From NCBI GenBank assembly GCA_030704615.1, contig CM060732.1:40238001-40302000 (forward strand): 64,000 bases of DNA, written 5' to 3'. Source of the stretch: Takakia lepidozioides (Eukaryota > Plantae > Bryophyta). A program made the translations under genes and the position numbers. Of this stretch, positions 29,448-40,422 are shown piece after piece. Below the pieces are notes generated by a model. It did not search any database. It was not told the origin of the DNA and saw only the letters and a program-made list of their open reading frames with translations. Positions within the stretch are counted from its first letter, which is position 1. Each line of letters starts with the position of its first letter.

Positions 29448-32400
29448 CTAATCTTCATCATCCTCATCTATGTCTGGGTCACTACATGTATCACTGTCTT
29501 CATCACAGACTTCATCTTCTCCAAGGGTTGGCTGAACATCATCACCACGTATACGGGGTGCTCGGAGGTACAAGGAGGCCACCTGCTCTGGAGTAACCGG
29601 TACCGCTCGGCTGCATGTTGGGCCATCAGTAACCACAGTCTCCTCTAGTCTTTGTGGGGCTAACAATCCTTCCACTTCCGCCACATCATCATTATCAATT
29701 GATATGTCGCAGACCACTCTACGTGCTCGGGGGCTCTTCTCCAGGACGACTTTCCACCCCGGCTCCTTCACACAATCAGAAAAAAACACTTGATCAACCT
29801 GGCCAGGAAACACAAAAGGTTGCTCAGAAGGTGGAAGCATACGGTTAAAATTGACAAGTGTGAAGCCAGCATCATCCTGCTTCATTGACATAGATTGACG
29901 ACCCACGCGACTCGCCCGTACCCACGAACACAAAAACACTATAGGTTGTGTTTGGCCATAGTCAATTTGCAAAATCTCCCTTATAAGACCCACATATCTT
30001 GTAGGTTCCTCCATGTCATTGCCTGAATTGTTGGTAATGGGCTGGTGCTGGAAAACAGATGAGACTCCACAATCAAAAGACACCATACTTGTTGTGTTCA
30101 TGCCGGGGGATGTAACCCTGTAATGGTTACCATACGCTGTCATCTCTTGAATGACAGGGCAGTAAATGATGGAGGCCTTGAAAGATCCAGTAATTCCTCA
30201 CGTGTTGTAGGATCAAGCCCATCTGATTGAATTGAGAGATGATCCCGTACACCTTGAGGGAGCCAAACAGCAAATGGAGGACAAGGATGCAAATCAGGAG
30301 GGTACTGAATTGTCGTGGGATTGCTCATGCCTTCCAGCCCTTGCTCCTCACGAAACAAGCGTCGTCTGGCTTCTATCCGTGTGGACTCTGCTTCATATAT
30401 CCTGTCACAATCCGAGGGTCAGCCAGGAGATTGACAGAGGTGGCGTGGGAGATTTGAAAAGACGTCATATGCCAACTAATGATAAATGACTAAAACTTGG
30501 AAATCTGAATGTCAATGAAGTAGATTTCTTACCCCAACATGACTGATAGACGAGGATGGTTCTGAATGATGTACTCATGTACAATATCACACAGGTCATT
30601 CAATTTTCGGGCTTTAGAACTTCCTTCCACAACTTCACGTTCCACAGATTCTACCTCATCTGCATCCCACACCCTTCGTACACTTCCATCAAATCCTGCC
30701 ATATACTCTGTGCAAAAACCCAATGCTTCTTCAAATTGGTATCCTTCTGCCATGCTCCCCTCGGGCCTTGCCATGTTTCTTACGTAGCCCTTCATATCTT
30801 TCATTGCCCGCTCCATGGGGTACATCCAACGAGATGCTACGGGCCCGCATAAGTACAACTCATCCACTAGGTGAACAACCAGATGTGTCATCACATCAAA
30901 AAATGATGGTGGGAACTCCTTCTCTATAAGACACAGAGTGAGAACTGCTTCAGTTCTCAATTCCTCATACTCTACAGGATTCACCACTTTTGCACACAAC
31001 TTCTTAAATACACGACATACTCGCAAAATGGCCCTTCGAGGACCACTTGGCATGAGCCCACGGATAGCAAGCGGTATAATTTGCTGCATGAGCACATGAT
31101 AGTCATGTGATTTCATGCCTGACAACTTCTTCACCACATGTTTTTTGAAAGCTGATGCGTAGCCTGTTGGCACTTTCAAGTTCTGCACAATCTCCAGAAA
31201 GACTTGTAACTCAGCCTCAGTGAGGACATAAGGGGCAGGAGGCATAATTAACGTATCTGCTCTGTCAAGATCACGTTGTAGCCACAATTCCGGGCGCATC
31301 CCAAGTAGCTCCAAATCACGGCGAACTTTCAATGTGTCTTTATCACCAAAGATAGTTTTAATAATATTTTCAGCCAAGTTCTTCTCGCAATGCATTGCGT
31401 CAAACGTGTGGCGGATGAGGAGACCCTACAAAATGAACACATAAGCAATTGAGCATTTACTCATCACAATTTAAACAGAAAACGCAAAAATGTACACAGC
31501 CAATTTAAAGGCCATGAAGGAATTACCTCCCAATAAGGTAAAACATATAAAATTGACAATCGCTTAACTCCATGAGTTTTTGTTGGGTCTGTCCTGCTAT
31601 CTGGCGTCCATCCGTTTTCCGCCCATGCAGTGCGAGCTGTTGCAAGGTCCTTGATTTGTGTTTCAGTCTGCGTTTTTGGAGGAGTTCCATGCTCAGTAGC
31701 GCCATTGAACATTCTTGACCTTCTATATGGATGATTGCGGGCCAAAAATCTTCGGTGGCCTAGGAAAACAATTTTTCCACATGTGTGTAACTGCTGTGAA
31801 GTCACCCCGGGTCCACAAGCTGGACAACCAGCATAACCTTTCGTCACTTGACCTGAGAGCAAGCCATATGCAGGGTAGTCATGGATTGACCACATCAACA
31901 CTGCCCTCAGTGTGAATTCGCGTTGACCACGAGGACGGGAAATATCATGAGCTGCAATCCCTCTCCATAGTTCCAATAGCTCTTCCACTAGGGGCATCAG
32001 GTAAACATCTACGTTGTCCGAGGTAACAGACTCCTTACCAGGAATCAGTAGCGCTAACATGACAAAGAACTTTTTGGTCATTAACCACGGAGGCAGATTG
32101 TAATTGACCAAGAGAACGGGCCATGTGCTCCAACTTGTGGATTGAGCTCCGTAGGGATTTACACCGTCTAAGGCCAATCCAAATCGCAGAGATCGTGGCT
32201 CTGCAGCAAAATCCGCAAATGTGGTGTCAATGTGTCTCCATGCTTTGCTATCAGCTGGATGTCGAACCAACCCATCCTGGCTCTTATGTCTGTCGTGCCA
32301 TGTCATGAGGTTAGCGATCGATTTACATCGGTACATACGTTTCAACCTTGGAATGACAGGGAAGTGTCGCAATACTTTCTTGGGCACACTTCCACGACCT

Positions 32401-33530
32401 GGAATGTAACGGGAACTGCGGCACACTGGGCAAATGTCTACATTCTCATACTCCCCACGGAAGAGTACACAACCACGCTCACATGCATGAATCATCGTGT
32501 ACTGCAATCCCATCTTGGCAATCATGGTTTTTGCTTCATAGTGAGTTTTCGGCAATGAATTCTCTTTAGGCAAAAAACTCTTATGCAACAATCCCAGAAG
32601 CTCATCCACAAATGCATTGGTGCACTTGTGGGTAGTGCATGCGTTCAGCAACGTCAAAGTTGCTTGCAGCCGGCTGATGGAGCACCCTTCAAAAAGTGGA
32701 CATTGCGACGCTCGGAAGAGTTTATCATACTCGGGATCAACGTGCAGGTGAGCATTCTCATCAAATTCATTGTCTCCGGAATCGTCGAGATCATCGTCAT
32801 GATCGGCAAATGTGTGATCAGTTCCACCATGAATGGGGTCCTCTCTGTTTGCATCTGCAAAGAGAAACGCTTCCTGCAATGCACGCTGCATTTCTACCTC
32901 CAATCCACAACTCTTATCTGCGTTCTCTGTGACATTGGGCTCCCGCTGTGCCGCAGGGCCTTCGTCTTCATCATCTGAATATTCACATCCTGCATCCCAA
33001 TAGTCATCTTGTGAGTGGACCAACAACGATGTGACACTTGTTCATATTATGACATAGGAGGCACGGTGACGTCGCAGTGAAGCAGTCATATTTTCATATG
33101 TATCTTATGAATATACACCCAATCAAAACACGACATTTGTAACCATTGAAGTCATAGTTGCAGTCACTTACTTAGTCATATATGACTACATGACTACACA
33201 TAACCAATGAAAACACGACATGTGCATTAATTAAAGTGATAACGGAAGTGGCGTAGTCATACTCACGTCTGTATCTTATGACTTCTTGACTACAATCACC
33301 CAACGAAATGTCGACATGTGGAGAAGAGGATCGTTGCATTCAAAATTCAAACTAAAGTGCTGAAGGGAAAGTGGCGATCTTACCGGAAGAGAACAGCGTT
33401 GGAGAAGAGGATCCCTCTCGTGTATCATGTAATGATTCCTCACTGTTTCCAACAAGAGTACTTTTCCTCCATGACACTCATCGCAGTTGCATGCCCATTC
33501 CTTGTGGCATAAGCTTCTTCCATTCACCAT
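29448..33530 (-). pseudogene. CACTA transposase (TnpD-like; Transposase_21, DUF4218 and DUF4216-like regions) with one frameshift
   Basis: Exon 1 is 33530-33384 (CNCDEC...TVRNHY). Large exons contain IHACERGCVLF, LRHFPVIPRLKRMY, HPADSKAWRHID, GLALDGVNPY, YNLPPW, DYPAYGLLSG, DAMHCEKN, GMKSHDYH, FPPSFFDVMTHLVVHL, RWMYPMER, EQPFVFPGQVDQVFF. Frameshift near 30143 (FKR*/MTAYGNH). Confidence 0.92.
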
Positions 33531-33708
33531 AGACGGTCATCTATTCTACGCCTACGCATCCGTTCGCCACCTACACTGTACATGCTTTGAACGTCACCCC
33601 TTCCCTCTTTGCATGCTACGCACAGTGCATTGTCTCTAATTTTGCTCCAGCTGCCAATGTGCTATTTCTATATCTATAGTATACTATAAGTATCGTTTCT
33701 GAGTGTCC

Positions 33709-36700
33709 ATGGTGACGCGGAAGGTCTTCGAAGTGACAGTCCCTCTCACTGAGTACGAGAAGTTCCGAGAGCGCCGGATTGCTGCCATAAAGGAGGTGGA
33801 AGCAACGTTCAATCAGTCGATAGATGGGTGAGTTTAGTTCCTGACTTTGGATACCCACCCACTAAACTTGCGATTTGCCTTATCCTCTAACCTTCCTACA
33901 GCGATCATAAGCTTCATAGCACAAATGGGGGCGAGTAGCTGCGACTTGTACAAACAGAGAGGCAAACAACATGCAGTGAGTGACGATTAGGTTTGAGGAG
34001 GGTGTGTCATTAGGCGGGAGATGTCCGCCGTCATTCGTGGGCAGGCATTACGTCCTGGTAGGGTGCGGCTGTGGTTCAGCGTAGGCTTAAGAGTATTAGG
34101 GTATGTATGCTTACATTTGTTTGTGATTGTTTGAGAGGGAGGTCATGGAGGTGTTTGTGCAGGCTTGCGGGAGCGAATCGCCCTCGCAAGCCACGCACTC
34201 CGAAGGAAAAATGTAGGGATCAAGGTCCTGCAAGGCAAAGTGCCAGACTGAAGACGATGAAGACTATGATTCTGCATGAGGGCTCTTCTGAGGATGATGA
34301 GGACGATCCACTCCTCCCACGCCAGTGCGAGGCGAGTGCGTCGTCGGCGGATGCCACGGCAAGCCGAGGAGAACATGCCCATACTCATGTCGCAGGACAA
34401 AAACGCCCATCATCTACACTACGAACATCTTCTCCGTCTGTGAGTTATAGTTCTTCACAATGACCATGATTCTAATTATGTATGTTTTTGGTAAAATCAC
34501 GAAGAGATAGGGTATGTCTGTCAAGACAGGGAAGTTGGACAATGCAGGGGTCAGCCAAGGCACAATCACAAATGATTTCCACTAGACAAGTTGAAGTGCC
34601 AAATGCATGATGTCAGGCCAATGTAGACTTCAGGTGTGTTCAAATTCTTTGCCCCATGAAACCAACGTCCTGGTACTAAGCTATAATGGCTACTTATAGA
34701 GATACTTGGGTTACTTATGCACCCAGAATATCAGTAAAACTTGGAGGGATACTTCTCATGGACCCATCAGGTTTGTCCATTTGAATTTTGCTATGGATTT
34801 CAGGAACACCCCATACCTAAGAGGGTTCAAAAATGTACTGGGAGGACATCATTGGGGCCAATCAAATTTGGGAGATTTACTGCCCAAGATTATACTGAGT
34901 TTTGGGTAATCTTGTCTTTACAAATGATATGTGCTTCCAGTTTGTTTTGCCTGAATTCAAGGATTTGCTGCTTGCTGCCTATATGTATGTGTAATCACCC
35001 ACATTGTACTGGGGGAATTTCTTTTCAGGGCAAGCATAAGCGCACTGGATCCACGATCCCTGCTGCTAGCAATGGAGATGGCGCCCACAAGAACGCAGGA
35101 GGTGGCCCTAACTCTCCCAACGTTGTGGGTTCTGTGCCACCAGTACCCCCACCTTATTATGGTATGCCTCAGTACCCACAGTCTGGCACTCAGTATGGTC
35201 AGGGTCAATATGGTGCTCCTCCATATGGGCAGTATGGCCAGTATCCTCCTCCACCATATTTGCCACCCCCTAATAGCTATGGGGGTGGCAGGCCACCGGA
35301 ATATCCTCCTGCTTATGGACAGTATGGCCAGTATGGTCCTTGGCCTTCTGGCCAACAACCATGGCCACCAGTCCCTACTTGGCAGGATCCTGCTTTGAAT
35401 TCTCCTGAGCGCACGGAGGTCTCTGCAGGAGGGGAGGGTGCCGTTTCAAAGAATGATAGAACCAATGCTTTAAGGAGGGCTAATAGCTCAGCCAAAATTG
35501 AAGCTGCCAAGGTCAAGGAAGAGAGAATAGCTGCAGGTCTTCCTCCCACGGTGATTTTGACGAACCTCAAAGGAGCCCTGTATGGTCAGACCCGGAATGT
35601 ATAGCACGCTGCCCTTAAAGGACAGGCTTATCGCAAGCTTGATTGTTCCCTTGCAATCAACAACCAACCTGATGAAGTTGTATACGAAATCAGAGATCAC
35701 CTGGCTAAGCTATTTTCATATACGCCGCACGAGTTAAAAGACTTCCACCTAAAACAAACAATTGGCAGAATAATGAAGAGCCAGCGTTATGAAGCACACA
35801 CTGCGTGGTTGGTAAGGGGAAATCCATTACTGTATCTGACGAGGTATGGAACAAGCTTGTAAGTTACTGGTAGACAAAGGTGTTCCACAAAGTGTCGGGC
35901 AACATGAAGAAGGCAAATGGTGCAATTCTGAATCCTACCAAGACTGGCCATGGTGGGAAGGCAATGGTGGAAGCACGCTTGGTAAGTGGCATCATCACGA
36001 CTCTGTATTTTGTTCCTCATTGAATTGCTATGTGTATATAGTCAGCCCTCACATTGCTTACTGACTTGTGGCATGGGTTTGTTTGTGGCATGGATTAATT
36101 TGTAGGAAACACTATCAGGGTGCCCTCCTACATTATATGAAATTCAAGAGGGTTCAGTGTCACGGTTGTCAGCTGGGAGTGACAGGCGGGTAAGTGTGTT
36201 TTCCACGTTTGCTAGAGTGGTTGCTGCATCATAGGTTGCTAGGGTTTTTTTCACGGCTTTTGGCCTGGGTTTTCTTTCCAATGGTTGTTCATGCTAGGTT
36301 TTTTTGGTTTGATTCATACTTGGGCAAGTTTTCATGGATTGGCAGGAGGGAAGTCTCGCATATTCTACAGTAGTTGGCAGGATGGATGGCTTGGACAAAC
36401 TGGTGGAATCACAAGGACGTGACATGGCAGAATTAAAATTACAGATGCAGAGTATGATTGAGTACCAGAAAGCCATTGTGACCAGATTGGGGATTAATCT
36501 ACCAGGCGCAGGACCAGTGACATCTACGATGGATACGTCTGCTGTGACAGTACAAAATGTTTGGAATCCCAATTTCAGACGGTAACTGGTGCTCACTCTA
36601 AGCCCTTATGTCTTCCTATCACTGATGATCTTTTGAATTTGACCGAGCAGCAGCAGGATACAGGGAAGGCCAGCTGTGAGGTACACGTGGAAATTCAGCC

Positions 36701-38268
36701 CTTGCCACGTACAAAGGCAGTAGCAGTCCAGGGGCAATGGTGACAGAGCCGCCGGGCACACCGGATTCTGGTATGTAGGTATGTGGGAATTTAGATGGGG
36801 AGGAAGATGCAGAGGGGGACAAAACAAACAAGCAAGTTGCTTTAATTTCTCCTGCTCATATGTTGAAGCCAAATGTCAGTTTACTTCCTGGACCAACGAG
36901 GAAGCATTTACTAATTCTGGACTTAAATGGTCTGTTATGTGAATCTTTTCATTCTGCTAATGGGCCTGCATCCCTTCCCAAAGGTTTTGTGGGGAAGATG
37001 TGTGGCAAGAAGATGGTAGTTTTGAGACCACGCTGTTATGACTTTTTGCAAAAGTGTTTTGAACACTTTGAGGTGGCGGTGTGGTCTTGTTGCCAAGCTC
37101 GCAACTTCTTCCCAATGGTGGACTATATTTTTGCAGCCCACACTAACCTGGTTTTCCAGTGGGATGCCCTTCACTGTGACGAGGATCCAGACATGCCGTA
37201 AGGGGTCTGATTCAAAGCCATTATATTTCAAGAACTTGTCTACAGTGTGGGCAGACTGGCCAGAATGGACTTATGAGGACACTGTTCTTGTTGACGACAC
37301 ACCAAGAAAGGCGGCAAACAATCCTCCCTTCAGTGGGATTTTTCCAGAGCCATGGAAGGTGCAACCAGATTCACCAACTGATGAGTATCTAACAGAGGTG
37401 TTGTGGCCTTTCTTGTGGAAGGCATCGAAAGCTGCCAGCATTCCCAAGTTTTTGGAGTCTCAGCCTGTTTTCGGACAACAACCATACAACACTGCTACTG
37501 TGAAGGTACAAACATTCTGACAGTGCTCCAGAGGCTACATTTTTGTGGGTTCATTCATTGCATTGCTTTCCTGGATGCTTCTCCTCGGTTGCTTGATTAA
37601 TGCTAGGTTTTCTTTGCAGTTTTTCATGTTGGCTTTTTATGTTTGATTCATACTTGGATTTTGTTTCTATTCACTATTCCTGTTTGCTCATTGCTTTCCT
37701 GGTTGATCTCTGGTCTGTGACACAGGAACTTGTGACAAACAAAGGTGATATTGTCGACAAGCCGGTACAGACGAGGGGCAAGAGTGTTGACCCGGCGAGT
37801 AGCCCCCCAAAAGAGGTCTCACCACCACTGGAGACTGCAAATGGAGTAAGTCCTGGCCGTTGTCTTGTCTGTTATATTTTTCCAACCTTGGGGCTCTCTT
37901 TAACTCGCAAATGTTGAGTGTCTTAGTCTTGTGTATGTCATGGGTTTTCACATCGTGTTCTTTTTTGTGTGGAGTTGGGATCACAGTTCAGGGTGGGTGA
38001 TGAGGTTCGGCTGTTGGATGTGAACTCCAAATGCAAGAAATGTGGAGTAGGGCTGATTGTTGCTCTTCAAGGTGCTGTGGTGGGTTACGGGTACCCTGTT
38101 GTGCCCCTTGATTATGCCTGTGTGTACATCAAAGAGGCATGTGTCAGTGACACCCCTCTACCATATGTGAATGGTGTTAGGAAACAGACCGAGTTGGGGC
38201 AGGTGGTTGGCCAGACAACACTTTGGAGTCTAAAGTTACTGAAACTTATGGAGCTGCGGAAGGGATAG
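33709..38268 (+). pseudogene. CACTA second gene (TnpA-like) with embedded FCP1/NIF HAD phosphatase domain; disrupted
   Basis: Exon 1 33709-33827 reads MVTRKVFEVTVPLTEYEKFRERRI. TnpA-like core RNV*HAALKG..., EVWNKLVSYW*...SGNMKKA...HGGK. Coiled coil at 36334-36500. C-terminal FRVGDEVRLLD...VPLDYACVYI...DTPLPY...GQTTLWS. Contains in-frame stops and frameshifts. Confidence 0.75.
36895..37490 (+). other. FCP1/SCP (NLI-interacting factor)-like HAD phosphatase domain within the CACTA second gene
   Basis: KHLLILDLNGLLC, VLRPRCYDFLQKCFEHFEVAVWS, LVFQWDALHC, KPLYFKNLSTVW, DTVLVDDTPRKAANNPPFSGIFP. One frameshift near 37190. Confidence 0.85.
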
Positions 38269-38869
38269 TCAGTATTGCACTGTTTAACAGAGTTCTTGAT
38301 TCTAATAGCACTAGAACATACTAGCTACAACAATTCAGCCCATGTGTGGGCTTGCTTGTTTTTGGCTGGGCCTTTTGAGGCATGGATTTTTTGACCTTGT
38401 GGCTTTTGAGGTGTCCATTGGGATATTGGTCTCATTTGGATTTTTGTAATGTGATTTATAGGGCTTGTATTGCCCTGTAGTTGACTATTTTCATTCTCCT
38501 TGTGGTTGATAGTATGCAGGAGGGATCCATTCTGTTTTCATGTTGGAATTTCACCATGTAATGAAGATTTTAAATCATTTAATTCACTTTCATTTTAAAT
38601 AGTAATATTAAAAATAATACCATTAAAAAAAATCCAAGGCTGCAATCTCCCCGTTCTTTTAAATATTAAATGAAAACTAAAAATTAAAATATGAACATTA
38701 AAAATATAAACTATTTCGGAAAACAATCTTGATGACACGTGGCATCACTCTTGCTCAAACCAGAACACGTGGCAGTATATGACACGACATTCTTTATCCA
38801 TATTTTCACCACGTGTAAAGATCCGTAGTCATATATGCTAGTCATATATTTTGTCTGTGTGCCACATGT

Positions 38870-39245
38870 CACATCTCAAGTGCAACAGGTGTCCCGCTAA
38901 TATCTCTCCATGTAGACATCCCTGTAGTCATATGAGCGAGTCATGTAGTCACCACGTGTGAAATCTACCATAGCACACGTGTCTCACTAGCGCCTCTCCA
39001 TGTAGGCATCACTGTGCAGACATGTAGTCATATGATCATGGCAAGAAGTCGTGACATGTCAAATTCGCAGTGGCGCACGTGTCCATCCGTCGCCTCTCCA
39101 TGTAGGCATCACTTTGCAGACATATAGTCATATGATCCCCTGACGAATGCATGACGTGTCGCTTGCGCAGTGGCGCACGTGTCCCGCTGAAGCCTCTCCA
39201 TGTAGGCAGCGCTCAACAGACAATGTAGTCATATATTAGTCATAT
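38870..39245 (+). repeat. Four degenerate ~100-bp subterminal tandem repeats of the CACTA
   Basis: Unit CACGTGTC...CTCTCCATGTAG(G)CA...GTAGTCATAT recurs near 38885, 38975, 39075 and 39175. Confidence 0.85.
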
Positions 39246-39445
39246 AGTTGTGACTGCAACCCTCTCTGCAACATGACTCCAGGTGCCCACGTAAGCAGTC
39301 ATGGATATGATTTGCAAAACGCAGTCCTAAAGACTAGTCACTATGACAGGGCTTTTTTCACTACAGAGTGATGTAGTCATGAACGCATATAAGACTGAAA
39401 AAATAGTCATATGTGAAGTCATAAAAACGCTCATCTGTTGTAGTG

Positions 39446-40265
39446 TCGGAAGGGGTGAAGCCCAACCGGCATGTGCAAGCTTGGCAACTCTCGAAAAGGG
39501 CAAAGAGGTCCATGGTGACATCGTCAAAGCTACAAGTGTACCAGATATTATTCTGCACAGTACCCTTGTGGACATGTATGCCAAATGTGGGAGCATTGAT
39601 TCAAATGGAGTGTTCGACACTATGGCTGAACGCAATGATTGCAGGATATGCACAGCAGGGGCGCGAGACTGAGGCTTTGCAGACATATGAGCAAATGATG
39701 GAGGAAGAGGTGAAGCCCCAACCATATCACGTTTGTTTGTGTTTGCAATGCATGTGCAAGCCTGACAGCCTTCGAAAAAGGCAAAGAGGTCCATGGTGAC
39801 ATCGTTAGAGTTGGTATTGTACCAAATGTCACTCTGAACAATGCCCTCGTGGACATGCATGCCAAATGCGGGAGCATGGAGGATGCAAAGGGAGTGTTCA
39901 ACAATATGGCCTAATAAGATGTGGCGTCCTGGAATGCTATGATTGCAGAATATGCCTAGCATGGTTGTCATAGGGAAGCCCTGCAACTATTTGAAAGAAT
40001 GCAAACGGAAGGCTTGAAGCCAGACAATATCACCTTTATATGTGTTCTCTCTGCATGCAGCCACAACCTTCTTGGACACATGGGGCAATTGGATGAGGCA
40101 GAGGAGCTCATTAACAAAATGCCAATGAAACCAAATGCTATGGTTTGGAGGGCCTTGCTTAGTGCCTACAGAATCCATGGCAATGTGGAGATAACTGAAC
40201 GTGCTGCAACATCTATTCTCAAGTGGGATGAACAAGATGCTGCGACTTATGTGTTGCTATCAGCA
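39446..40265 (+). pseudogene. PPR pseudogene, 3' part (L/S/P motifs and E domain)
   Basis: EGVKPN, GKEVHGDIVKA..PDIILHSTLVDMYAKCGSI, EGLKPDNITFICVLSACSH, LDEAEELINKMPMKPNAMVWRALLSAYRIHGN, DAATYVLLS. Frameshifts and deletions. Confidence 0.9.
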
Positions 40266-40422
40266 GCGCCAGCAGCGGCACAATTGATAAAATCAGGCAC
40301 TGCTAATGAAGGCAACTTCTTCAAAACATTTCACCTTGTTTTTCCCTCTTATCGAAATCGGCCTTAAGTTTGATTTCTGCAAGTTATTGGTTGAGTGAAC
40401 CTTTGATAGTTTGCAACCTTAC

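Larger units (their letters stand above)
26810..39445. mobile_element. Full-length CACTA (En/Spm) DNA transposon, 12,636 bp
   Basis: TIRs CACTACAAGAGATGAGCGTTTTTAGGACT and CACTACAACAGATGAGCGTTTTTATGACT (reverse complement), 29 bp with 2 mismatches. 3-bp TSD TGG/TCG with 1 mismatch. The PPR reading frame resumes after the element (EGVKPN). ATGACTAC/GTAGTCAT subterminal repeats at both ends. Confidence 0.95.

Noticed and set aside
30135-30150. Overlapping stop/start (AGATGA) in the transposase as programmed frameshifting
   Set aside because: No slippery site. The element has other disabling lesions, so a simple indel or sequencing error is more likely.
35600-35880. In-frame TAG stops in the TnpA-like gene as RNA-editing substrates
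   Set aside because: Stop-removing editing in plants is organellar. TGG/CAG to TAG fits ordinary methylcytosine deamination in a silenced TE.
38870-39245. Regularly spaced repeats with variable intervening sequence, superficially CRISPR-like
   Set aside because: Eukaryotic context, degenerate repeats, no cas genes. Explained as CACTA subterminal repeats.
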